Assembly: GCA_963761335.1 (NCBI GenBank)
Contig: CAVXGR010000017.1
Span: 96,001-160,000 of the forward strand
Source of the DNA: an uncultured delta proteobacterium
GTDB lineage: Bacteria; Desulfobacterota; Binatia; HRBIN30; BPIQ01
Direction: 5' to 3'
Length of the DNA: 64,000 bases
Both the position numbers and the translations under genes were made by a program. The notes beneath the pieces are model-generated. The model was not told the DNA's origin. It saw only the letters and a program-made list of their open reading frames with translations, and made no database searches. Positions 44,917-53,900 of the stretch are shown here, in pieces (within the stretch, counting starts at the first letter, position 1; the number at the start of each line of letters is the position of its first letter).

Positions 44917-46437
44917 ATGGGATCGAATAGGGGCTTCCGCTTCGCCCTGATGGCAGTGGTGTTGGCGAGCGCCTATCTGCGCCTCGGGGCGATCGACTGG
45001 GGGGAGCCGTTCGTCTACGACTCCCGCGAGCACCTGATTCTCGATCGGGCCCTGGACATTGCCCGCAGCGGCGATCTCGATCCGCACTGGTTCGAGCGCC
45101 CGTCGCTTCTCATCTACGTCGAGGCGGCTCTGGTCTCGGCCCTCCATCCGCTGTTCCAGGCGCCCCTGGAATCCAACTACCTGGTCAACGCCATCGGCCC
45201 CACGGAGGTTCTCCGCACCCAATGGCCCTATGTCGCCGCCGGTCGCATCGCCGTGGCGCTCTTCGGCATCGCCGGCGTGCTGCTGCTCGGGCTCGCCGGT
45301 GCCCGCCTGCTCAGTCCCCCGGCGGGCGTCGCCGCCGCCGCCTTTCTCGCCGTCTCGCCGCTGCACGACCGCGCCTCGCACTTTCTCGCCGTTCCCGTGC
45401 CGGCGGCGACGCTCATCGCCGCGGCCCTGTGCCTGGCGGCGGGCGGCTCGCTCTGGTTTGTCGCCGGTGCGCTCGCCGGCCTGGCCGCCGGCACCGCGTA
45501 TGGCGCCGTCGCCGGGGTGGGCGCGGTGGCGCTGCTGGCGGTCGACCGGCGCTCCGGCGAGAACGGGGCGCGCCTCGCCTGGGTCTTCTCCGGTGCCCTG
45601 CTCGGCTTCGCCGCGAGCACGCCGTATGCGTTCCTCGACGCACCCCCTTTCGTGGAGGCGGTCGCCGGCTTCGCTCCCGGCAACTGGAGCGCGGCGGCGA
45701 TTGGCGCCGGCTGGCGCTCCTTCGCGTTCACCCTCTACCAGTCCGGCACGGGGCCGGTCATCGCCGCGCTGGCGCTGTTCGGCGCGGCGCGCGCCGCGGG
45801 CGCCGTGCTCGCCGCCGCTTTCGGTCGAGGCGCCGGTCGCACCAGCGCGGCGCTGCTGCTGCCCACCATCGCCTACCTGACGTGGGTGGCGGCGCATCCG
45901 GCCACCGCCGAGGACGGCTTGGTGCTCGTCCTTCCGTTTCTCTGCCTGCTGGCCGCCGCCATGGTGCAGTCGCTGGCCGTCGTCCTGCGCCCTGCCTGGC
46001 TGGCGCGCGGAGTCTTCGCGGTGATCGCCGCGGTGGCCGTGGTCACCTCACTCGGGTTGGCCCTGGAGCAGGCCCAGCACTTCCAGGAGCTCGATACCCG
46101 TACGCAGTCGCTGCGCTGGATCGAGGCGAACCTGCCGCGCGGCTCGAAGATCGCCCGCGAGGAGTTCACGCCGCAGGTGCAGGCGGGGCGCTACGACGTC
46201 CGCTTCGTGCCCTCACTGGCGCTGCGCCCGTACGACTGGTACAGCGCCGAAGGCGTCCAGTATCTGGTGGCCAGCTCCTTCACCTACGGCAAGGCGACGG
46301 GTGCGGCGCGCCGCTTCTACGACGAGCTCACCAACCTGCCGCTGGTGGCCGAGTTCGGGCCCGAAGAAGGCGTTCGCGGCCCGCTGATCCGCATCTTCCG
46401 TTTGCCGACCGGTCCGGGGAACGGCTCCGTCGGCTGA
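44917..46437 (+). CDS. Polytopic GT-C fold (ArnT/PMT-like) membrane protein, divergent
   Basis: YLRL..I.WG.P, GDLDPHWF..PSLLIY, many TM helices, DTRTQS..WIEANLP.GSKIARE periplasmic tail. Confidence 0.75.
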   Translation: MGSNRGFRFALMAVVLASAYLRLGAIDWGEPFVYDSREHLILDRALDIARSGDLDPHWFERPSLLIYVEAALVSALHPLFQAPLESNYLVNAIGPTEVLRTQWPYVAAGRIAVALFGIAGVLLLGLAGARLLSPPAGVAAAAFLAVSPLHDRASHFLAVPVPAATLIAAALCLAAGGSLWFVAGALAGLAAGTAYGAVAGVGAVALLAVDRRSGENGARLAWVFSGALLGFAASTPYAFLDAPPFVEAVAGFAPGNWSAAAIGAGWRSFAFTLYQSGTGPVIAALALFGAARAAGAVLAAAFGRGAGRTSAALLLPTIAYLTWVAAHPATAEDGLVLVLPFLCLLAAAMVQSLAVVLRPAWLARGVFAVIAAVAVVTSLGLALEQAQHFQELDTRTQSLRWIEANLPRGSKIAREEFTPQVQAGRYDVRFVPSLALRPYDWYSAEGVQYLVASSFTYGKATGAARRFYDELTNLPLVAEFGPEEGVRGPLIRIFRLPTGPGNGSVG

Positions 46438-46445
46438 ACGGCGGT

Positions 46446-46523
46446 GGGGACAGGCTACTTTTGCCGCTCAAGGTCCAGCGACATGGCGGCTTCGGAGATC
46501 GGAGGCAAAAGTTGCCTGTCCCC
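46446..46523. repeat. GGGGACAGGC element copy 3 (opposite orientation)
   Basis: Arms GGGGACAGGCTACTTTTGCC (46446-46465) and GGCAAAAGTTGCCTGTCCCC (46504-46523), 38-nt loop; between convergent genes. Confidence 0.88.
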
Positions 46524-46524
46524 T

Positions 46525-47562
46525 TCACCGCTCGACCGGGAGGTGGTGCTCGTGCCAGTCGAGCATGCCGCCCTTCAGGTTCCATACGTGGTCGAATCCC
46601 AGGCCGGTGAGGAGGGCGCCGCCGGTGGCGCTGCGCACGCCGGCGCGGCAGACGACGACCACGTCGCGGTGCTGGTGCTCCTCCAGCTCACCGCTGCGCG
46701 ACGACAGCTCGCGCAGCGGCATGAGGGTGCTGCCGGAGATGTGTCCGAGCTCGCCGCCGTACTCGTCGGCCTCGCGCACGTCGAGCACCAGCGGAGGGTC
46801 GTGGGAGCCCAGCCGTGCCTGCAGCTCGGATGCGGTGAGCTGGCGGATGCTGTTGAGCTCGGCGAGCTTCGGGAAGGAGACGCCCTCGTCCTCGATGGCC
46901 GACTGGTTTGCCTGCAGCGCTTCCTGGATCTTGTCGGGTAGCGGCAGCCCGAGGTTGTTCATCAGGTCGACGTACTGCGTGCGGCTGCGGCCGGCGAGCC
47001 GGGGGTTGGTGCGCTTTTCCTCGCCGACCGTCGAGCAGGTGTGGCCGCGATAATCGTGCGCGGGGAACACCAGCGTCTCGTCGGGGAGGGTGAAGATCTT
47101 CTGCTGGATCGAGTCGTACTGCGCGGCCGGGTCGCCGCCGGCGAAGTCGGCGCGCCCGGTGCCGTGGATCAGCAGGGTGTCGCCGGTGAAGATGCGGTCG
47201 CCGGCGTAGACGCTGATGCCGTCCGGGGTGTGCCCGGGAGTGTAGAGGATGCGCAGGCTGAGGTCGCCGAGCGGCAGGATCTGGCCGTCCTCGACGTGAA
47301 TGTCGACGTGCGGAGCCGGAGCGCGCCGGTGCATCAGCACCGGTGCGCCGACGATGTCGTGGAGCTCCCAGGTGCCGGTGCGGTGGTCGGCGTGCGTGTG
47401 CGTGTCGATGATCAGCTCGAGCGTGCAGCGGAAGTAGGCCAGGGCGGCGATATAGCGGTCCACCTTCTCCCGCAGCGGATCGATGAGCGCCGCCTGGCGG
47501 GTGCGCTCGCTGGCGATCAGGTAGGTCTTGCACTTACCACGGTTCAGCTCGTGGAAGATCAT
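46525..47562 (-). CDS. Persulfide dioxygenase-like MBL fold + rhodanese fusion
   Basis: DTHTHADH, TPGHT, FTGDTLLI.GTGRADF, PAHDY, EKRTNPRL; rhodanese LDVRE..EY, VCRAGVRSA, LKGGMLDW. Confidence 0.92.
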   Translation of the reverse strand: MIFHELNRGKCKTYLIASERTRQAALIDPLREKVDRYIAALAYFRCTLELIIDTHTHADHRTGTWELHDIVGAPVLMHRRAPAPHVDIHVEDGQILPLGDLSLRILYTPGHTPDGISVYAGDRIFTGDTLLIHGTGRADFAGGDPAAQYDSIQQKIFTLPDETLVFPAHDYRGHTCSTVGEEKRTNPRLAGRSRTQYVDLMNNLGLPLPDKIQEALQANQSAIEDEGVSFPKLAELNSIRQLTASELQARLGSHDPPLVLDVREADEYGGELGHISGSTLMPLRELSSRSGELEEHQHRDVVVVCRAGVRSATGGALLTGLGFDHVWNLKGGMLDWHEHHLPVER

Positions 47563-48176
47563 TTCTTTCCTCGGCTCGGCGCCTTTCTCTTCCGTGCGGG
47601 CGCCGGGGCATGACGGCGGATGGATTCCATGCAGACCTCACCGCCGCAGTAGAGGTCGAACACCATCGCCGCCTCCACGGCCTTGCGGGCCACGGCGCGG
47701 GCGTCACCCGTGGGCTCGTAGAGGGCGTGCAGGCAGCCGAGCCCATAGCTGGCTCCTGAGCCGATGGCGTAGTAGCGCTCGAACTCGGTGACGCTCAGAT
47801 CGGCCTCCACCGAGAAGAGGCCGGCGCGGTTGGCGACCAGGAAGGTGGAGTCCAGGTTCCCGAAAGGGGAGTCGCTCTCCTCGCACTGGTCGTTCACGTA
47901 GGCGTAGCGCTCGTGCAGGTCCTTCCACAGCCGGTTGAAGAGCGCGAAGATGGACGGTGAGTCGTCCAGGCGGGCGCCGCGGTTGCGCCGCAAAAAGTCG
48001 TCGAGGATGTTCTCGTAGACTCCCCACCCGGTGGCCGCCAGCAGGGCGGATCCGATTCGACGGATCTTGGTTGCCTGGTGATTGTCCGGCAGAACCCGAC
48101 GCGAGCCAAAGGACGTCTGACTGTCGGTGGCGAGAACGATCTGGTCACGTGTCTTGACGGCTACGGCGATCGACAT
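47559..48176 (-). CDS. Proteasome-beta/HslV-like Ntn hydrolase (BPH-like) with N-terminal Ser
   Basis: M-SIAVAVK..IVLATDSQTSFG (Asp17 after Met removal), KI, YAIGSGASYGLG, AVEAAMVFDLYCGG. Confidence 0.82.
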   Translation of the reverse strand: MSIAVAVKTRDQIVLATDSQTSFGSRRVLPDNHQATKIRRIGSALLAATGWGVYENILDDFLRRNRGARLDDSPSIFALFNRLWKDLHERYAYVNDQCEESDSPFGNLDSTFLVANRAGLFSVEADLSVTEFERYYAIGSGASYGLGCLHALYEPTGDARAVARKAVEAAMVFDLYCGGEVCMESIRRHAPAPARKRKAPSRGKK

Positions 48177-48203
48177 CGATCTGCTCGACGGGAGCGGTCC
48201 GCC

Positions 48204-48452
48204 TCATTCGGCGGGAAAGATCTCCGCCTGCTTCTTGCCGCCGAGGGTGCCCTGCAGCTGCCGTAGTGCCTCCTCGGGTGAAGCGGCGAGCGCCATGAGG
48301 CTGTGGTCGGCCAGGGTCATGCGGACCTGGCAGGGCACGGCGGTGAAGAAGCCGTTCGGCAGGCTCGACACCATGACGAAGAACGCCGCGCCGTCCTCGT
48401 CGCGGAGTTGGAACCATTCGACCTTCTGTACGACGTAGGGAGTATCGCTCAT
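48204..48452 (-). CDS. Hypothetical 82-aa protein
   Basis: Host-like codon use; fits between co-oriented genes; AASPEEALRQLQ segment. Confidence 0.7.
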   Translation of the reverse strand: MSDTPYVVQKVEWFQLRDEDGAAFFVMVSSLPNGFFTAVPCQVRMTLADHSLMALAASPEEALRQLQGTLGGKKQAEIFPAE

Positions 48453-48495
48453 GAGCGCCGTTCTAGCGCGCCGCGGGGAGGCGGGCAAATTCCTC

Positions 48496-49851
48496 TCACT
48501 CGCCGCCGGCCGCCGCGCGGCGCTCGAGGATGGCGCGCAGCTCTCGTTGGCGGGCGGCGTCGAGGGGGAAGTTCCACATGAGCGTCGCCACCACCAGGCC
48601 GATGAGAGCGGTGGGCAGCACGTAGAGCAGCGTCAGTCCGGTGAGCGCCTGCGGTGTGTTCTCGGCGCCCGGGACGTAGCCGATGGTGGCGAGCAGCATG
48701 TAGATGCTGCCGATGGCCACCGCCTGGCCGATCTTGTTGGTCATCGTCAGCAGCGAGAAGTACAGGCCGGTGCGCTGCGCGCCGGACTCGACGTGATCCT
48801 CGTCGGCGACGTCGGCCATGATTGAGCGGAAGAGCAGCGGGCCGGCGCCCATGTTGATGCCGAAGAGCGCGAAGACCGGGAAGGCGGCCAGAGGGTCACC
48901 CTTGGGGAGCAGGAAGATCAGGGGCAGGGTGAGGCCGCTGAACAGAGAGGAAACGGCCAGTGTCCGGTGTTTCCCCCAGCGGTAGCTCAGGCGAATCATC
49001 AGGGGGATGAAGGCGCATCCCGAGGTGAAGTAGAAGAGCAGCAGCACGCTGGCCCAGTTGCCGAGCTGCAGGACGCTGGTCGCGACGAATAGAAAGAGCG
49101 AGGCGACGATGCCGCCGGCGTAGCCGGCGATCAGATCCATGGCGAGCACCAGCCGCAGCGGCCGATTGCGCAGCACGATGCGCCACGCGGCGCGCCAGCC
49201 GAGAACGTGCGACTGCGGCGCCTGCGGCTCCGGCACCTGCCACACGGCCAGGCCGACGGTGATCGGCAGCAGCAGGATGATGAACCAACCCATGGCGGCG
49301 GCGCGTTGCGCCGACGCCGAGGCGCCGCCGGTTCGCTCGATCATCGCCGGCAGCGCCAGCACGGCGATCATCCCGGCGACCAAGGCCATCTCGCGCCATC
49401 CCTGCACCCGCGAGCGCTCGTGGTAGTCGGCCGACAGCTCGGCACCCCAGGACATGTGCGAGATGGTGATCAGCGTCCAGCCCACGTAGAGCATCACCAT
49501 CCACCAGAGAAGATAGAGTCCCGAGACCGGCGGCGTCGGCATGAAGATCTTGTAGGAGCAGTACATCAGGATGGGCGCCGAGAGCACGATCCAGTGCCGC
49601 CTTCGTCCCCAGCGGCTGCTGAAACGGTCGGAGAGAATGCCGAGGACGGGGTCGGTGAACACGTCCCAGAAGCGGGTGATCATGAAGACCGTGCCGACCA
49701 GCATCAGCCCCAGACCCATGTCGGAGGCGTAGAAGGGCGGCAGGTAGACGGCGATCGGCAGACCGAGCGCCGATATGGGTATCGCCGGCGCCGCAAATGC
49801 CGCCAGTGTCGTCGTCTTCAGATGGGAAGCTCGCGCGCGGGTCTCAGTCAC
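48496..49851 (-). CDS. MFS transporter, GPH (MelB-like) family
   Basis: RFWDVFTDPVLG.LSDR, WGRRRHW, WGAELSADYHERSR, MADVADED, GLYFS. Confidence 0.92.
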   Translation of the reverse strand: MTETRARASHLKTTTLAAFAAPAIPISALGLPIAVYLPPFYASDMGLGLMLVGTVFMITRFWDVFTDPVLGILSDRFSSRWGRRRHWIVLSAPILMYCSYKIFMPTPPVSGLYLLWWMVMLYVGWTLITISHMSWGAELSADYHERSRVQGWREMALVAGMIAVLALPAMIERTGGASASAQRAAAMGWFIILLLPITVGLAVWQVPEPQAPQSHVLGWRAAWRIVLRNRPLRLVLAMDLIAGYAGGIVASLFLFVATSVLQLGNWASVLLLFYFTSGCAFIPLMIRLSYRWGKHRTLAVSSLFSGLTLPLIFLLPKGDPLAAFPVFALFGINMGAGPLLFRSIMADVADEDHVESGAQRTGLYFSLLTMTNKIGQAVAIGSIYMLLATIGYVPGAENTPQALTGLTLLYVLPTALIGLVVATLMWNFPLDAARQRELRAILERRAAAGGE

Positions 49852-49902
49852 AGCGGACCATTAAGCCATCGTTCGCAAGCGCAGCGAAAGAGGGGGCCCG
49901 GG

Positions 49903-49926
49903 ATCTCGGTGGCTCGGTGGCTCGGT
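49903..49926. repeat. Three octamer units (NNCTCGGT)
   Basis: ATCTCGGT GGCTCGGT GGCTCGGT; same family as 4586-4721. Confidence 0.7.
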
Positions 49927-49931
49927 TGTCC

Positions 49932-50399
49932 CTACGTGTTGCCGCCCGACTGCCGGACGAAGGCCTCGATGTCGGCGGCCGGCCGGGCTCCGGAGGTGCG
50001 CTTGCGCTCGCGGCCTCCGGCGAAGATCGCCATCGTCGGGATCGAGCGGATACCGAAGCGCTCGCCGAGCGCCGCAAGGTCCTCTGTGTTCACCTTGGCC
50101 ACCAGCAGGCGCCCGCGCCAGGCGGCGGCGACCTTCTCCAGCTCCGGGGCGACGGCGCGACAGGGGGCGCACCACGGCGCCCAGTAGTCGACCAGCACCG
50201 GCAGCGGCGAGCCCTGCACCAAGGCGTCGAAGTGAGACGCGTCGCGCACCTCGACCGGCGCCGCCGGCGCGCCGATCTCGGCGCGGCAGGCGCCGCAGTG
50301 CCCGCTCTGACCGAGCCTCTCGTAGGCGATGCGATTCTTCTGTCCGCAGGTGGGGCAGGGGGCGATCACGCCGTTCCGATCGGTGTAGGCGATGGCCAT
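49932..50399 (-). CDS. trxC: Thioredoxin 2 (zinc-finger thioredoxin)
   Basis: CPTCGQKNRI..CGAC zinc finger; VDYWAPWCAPC active site; FGIRSIPT. Confidence 0.92.
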   Translation of the reverse strand: MAIAYTDRNGVIAPCPTCGQKNRIAYERLGQSGHCGACRAEIGAPAAPVEVRDASHFDALVQGSPLPVLVDYWAPWCAPCRAVAPELEKVAAAWRGRLLVAKVNTEDLAALGERFGIRSIPTMAIFAGGRERKRTSGARPAADIEAFVRQSGGNT

Positions 50400-50498
50400 G
50401 CGCAGGAGATAAGGCGGATCGGCGCAGATGCAAGCGGGTGTCAGGCGCGGGTCGTGTCTAAGTGACGCTTGCGATTACTTCCGCGCCCGCTGCGCCGA

Positions 50499-50546
50499 GT
50501 TCCCTCTCCCCGCATTTCCGCGGGGAGAGGAATGAGGAGAGGGGTC
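50499..50546 (-). repeat. CCCTCTCCC-type palindromic element
   Basis: Minus strand CCCCTCTCCTCATTCCTCTCCCCGC-GGAAAT-GCGGGGAGAGGGA; related to 59378-59417. Confidence 0.75.
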
Positions 50547-50677
50547 CCTTTCTCACTGAAGGCTCGCGGATGTTCGCGGCCTTCAAGGAGATCGGTACCC
50601 TCGCCCGCGCCCGCAGCGACCAGACTGACCACAATCCTGCGTGTCAATATTCGCCATCGGGGAACTCAGGACACTAC

Positions 50678-50950
50678 TCAGGCGCGGGCGATGGTCCAGA
50701 TGCCGATGGCGATGAAGGCGGCACCGGCGACCCACGACAGCAGCCGCGCGCTGATCTGCTGAGAGAGCAGGTTGCCGGCGATCACGCCGATCGCCGAGGT
50801 GAGCACCAGCGCCGTTGCCGAGCCGAGAAACACGGTCAGCATCGGGTTCTTCGCCCGCGAGGCGAAGAGCATGGTGGCGAGCTGTGTCTTGTCGCCGAGC
50901 TCGGCGACGAAGACGGTGGCAAACACGGTGGCGAGCAGTCGGATGTCCAT
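50678..50950 (-). CDS. GDT1/TMEM165 (UPF0016) single-repeat membrane protein
   Basis: [14 protein letters not shown] motif, 3 TM; own AGGAG RBS before ATG 50950, but in frame with uvrA. Confidence 0.9.
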   Translation of the reverse strand: MDIRLLATVFATVFVAELGDKTQLATMLFASRAKNPMLTVFLGSATALVLTSAIGVIAGNLLSQQISARLLSWVAGAAFIAIGIWTIARA

Positions 50951-53900
50951 CGCCTGTCTCCTGATCAGCGGTGCTTCCGCGCGCTGCTTGCCGGCCGTTC
51001 CGAGGAAGGCGCGCAGGAAGCGGGCGGTGTGCGAGCGGGCGCCGTCGGCGACGATCTGCGTCGGCGGCCCCATGGCGACCACCTCGCCGCCGCTCTCGCC
51101 GCCTTCGGGGCCGAGATCGACGATCCAGTCCGCCTCCTTGATGATGTCGAGGTTGTGCTCGATGGTCACCACCGTGTTTCCCAGGTCGACGAGGCGATGC
51201 AGCACGTCGATGAGCCGATCGATGTCGGCGAAGTGCAGTCCGGTGGTCGGCTCGTCGAGCAGGTAGATGGTGCGGCCGTGCGACTCCTTGCCGAGCTCAT
51301 AGGCGAGCTTGATGCGCTGCGCCTCGCCGCCGGAGAGGGTGTTGCTGCCCTGGCCGAGGGTCAGATAGCCGAGGCCGATGTCGTCGAGAAGCTGGAGCGG
51401 GCGGGCGATGTGCGGCACCGGCGCGAAGAAGGAGGCGGCTTCCTCGACGGTCATTGCCAGCACGTCGGCGATCGTCTTGCCGGCGTAGGTCACCGCCAGT
51501 GTCTCCTCGGTGAAGCGCTTGCCGGCGCAGACGTCGCAGTCGACGAAGACGTCGGGAAGGAACGACATCTCCATCTTGACGCGCCCCTGGCCGGCGCAGG
51601 TCTCGCAGCGGCCGCCCTTGACGTTGAAGGAGAAGCGGCCGGCCGAGTAACCGCGGGCGCGGGCGTCGGGCAGCATCGCGAAGAGCTTGCGGATCTCGTC
51701 GAAGAAGCCGACGTAGGATGCGGGAATCGAGCGCGGCGTGCGGCCGATCGGCGTCTGGTCGACCTCGATGATGCGCTCGATGCCGTCGAAGTCGCGGATG
51801 TCGGTGTGCTTGCCGACCGGCCCGCTGGCGAGGCTCAGCCGCCGCCGCAGCCCGTGGTAGAGGACGTCGCGCACCAGCGTCGACTTTCCAGAGCCCGAGA
51901 CCCCGGTGACGCATGTCCAGGCACCGAGCGGTACCTCGACGTCGATGTTCTTCAGGTTGTGCTGGCGCGCGCCGATGACGCGCAGGCGGCCGCAGCCGTC
52001 GAGGTCGCGCACCGGGCCACGGCGCGGACGCGAGACGCCGAGGAAGCGGCCGGTGACCGAGCCCGCGTGGGCGCGCAGCTCGGACGGCGTTCCCATGGCC
52101 ACCAGACGGCCGCCGTGGGTGCCGCCGCCCGGCCCGAGGTCGATGACCAGGTCAGCGGCGTTGATGGTCGCCTCGTCGTGCTCGACGACGACGACGCTGT
52201 TGCCGGCGTCGCGGAGCTGCGACAGCGTCCCCAGGAGCATGGCATTGTCGCGCGGGTGCAGGCCGATGGTCGGCTCGTCGAGGATGTAACAGACGCCGCG
52301 GAGATTGGAGCCCAGCTGGGCGGCCAGCCGGATGCGCTGCGCCTCGCCGCCGGAGAGGGTGTCGGCGCGCCGGTCGAGGGTGAGATAGCCGAGGCCGACC
52401 TCCTCGAGGAAGCGGAGCCGCGGGCGGATCTCCTTGAAGATGTTGGCGGAGATCGCCGCCTCGCGGCCGCTGAACTCGAGCCGTTCGAAGTCGGCGCGCG
52501 CCCGGGTCACCGTGGATGCCGTCCGCTGCCAGATCGCCTCTCCCCGGACGCGCACGGCGCGGGCGCGCGGGTTCAGGCGGGCGCCGTCGCAGGCGTCGCA
52601 CGGCTTCTCGCTCATGAAGGACGCGACCGCGGCGGGATCGACGTCCTCCTCGTCGAGCTGGGCGCTGAGGAAGCCGATCAGGCCGTCGCCGCCGGCGCTG
52701 CCGAAGAGCTTCTGCTGCTGGCGCGCCGCCAGGGAAGAGAAGGGTTGGTCGAGCGACAGGCGCGCGCGCCGGGCGATGGCGCCGAGCTCGCGCCGGGCGC
52801 GGGTGCCGAAGGCCTCCAGCGCCGGCCGCAGCGCCGTGCGCAGCGGCAGCGCCGGGTCGGCGACCAGCAGCCCGGGATCGATCACGGCGGTGAAGCCGCT
52901 GCCCGTGCATTCGGGGCAGGCCCCCTGGCGGCTGTTGAAGGAAAAGAGGCGCGGATCGAGCGCCTCGTAGCCCTTGTTGCAGGCGGTGCAGTAGAGCCGC
53001 TCGCTGAAGATGCGCTCCTCCGCCTCGCCGGCGACGATGACGGCGCCGCTGCCGAGGCGCAGCGCCGTCTCCAGCTGGCTGGCGAGCGGCGAGCGAGCGC
53101 TGCGCGCGATCTCGACTTCGCCGATGACCAGATCGATGTCGTGCTCCCGATAGCGGGCCAGCGCCGGCAGCGGCTGCAGCGGCGTGATGGCGCCGTCGAC
53201 GCGGGCGCGGTGAAAGCCGAGCTTGCGCGCCGAGCGAAAGAGCTCGGTGTACTGGCCCTTGCGGCCGCGCACTGCCGGTGCCAGCAGGGTCACCGTCTGG
53301 CGGCGGAACTCGCGGCGCACACGGTCGAGGATCTGCTGCGGCGTCAGCGACTGGATCGGCGAGCCGCACTCGACGCAGTGCTGCACGCCGATCTTGGCGT
53401 AGAGCAGGCGCAGGTAGTGGTAGATCTCGGTCACCGTTGCCACGGTCGACATCTTGCCGCCGCGGCTCAGCCGCTGCTCGATGGCCACTGTCGGCGGCAG
53501 GCCCGAGAGCAGGTCGACGTTCGGCCGGGGCAGGATCTTGACGAACTGCCGGGCGTAGGCCGAGAGGCTGTCGAGGTAGCGCCGCTGCCCCTCGGCATAG
53601 AGGATATCGAAGGCAAGCGTCGATTTGCCGGAGCCGCTGAGGCCGGTGACCACCACCAGCTGGTCGCGGGGAATCTCGAGGGAGAGGTCGCGGAGATTGT
53701 GCTCCTTGGCGCCGCGCACCAGCATGCCGCCATTGCCGCCGCGGACCGCCGGCGAGAAGGGGGCGGCTGCCTCGGCGACCAGCGGCATCTCCGCGCCGCG
53801 CAGCGCCTGGCGCAGGAAGCGGGCGGTGTGCGAGCCCTCGGCCGCGGCGACGCTCTCGGGGGTGCCCTCGGCGACCACGCGGCCGCCGCCGTCGCCGCCC

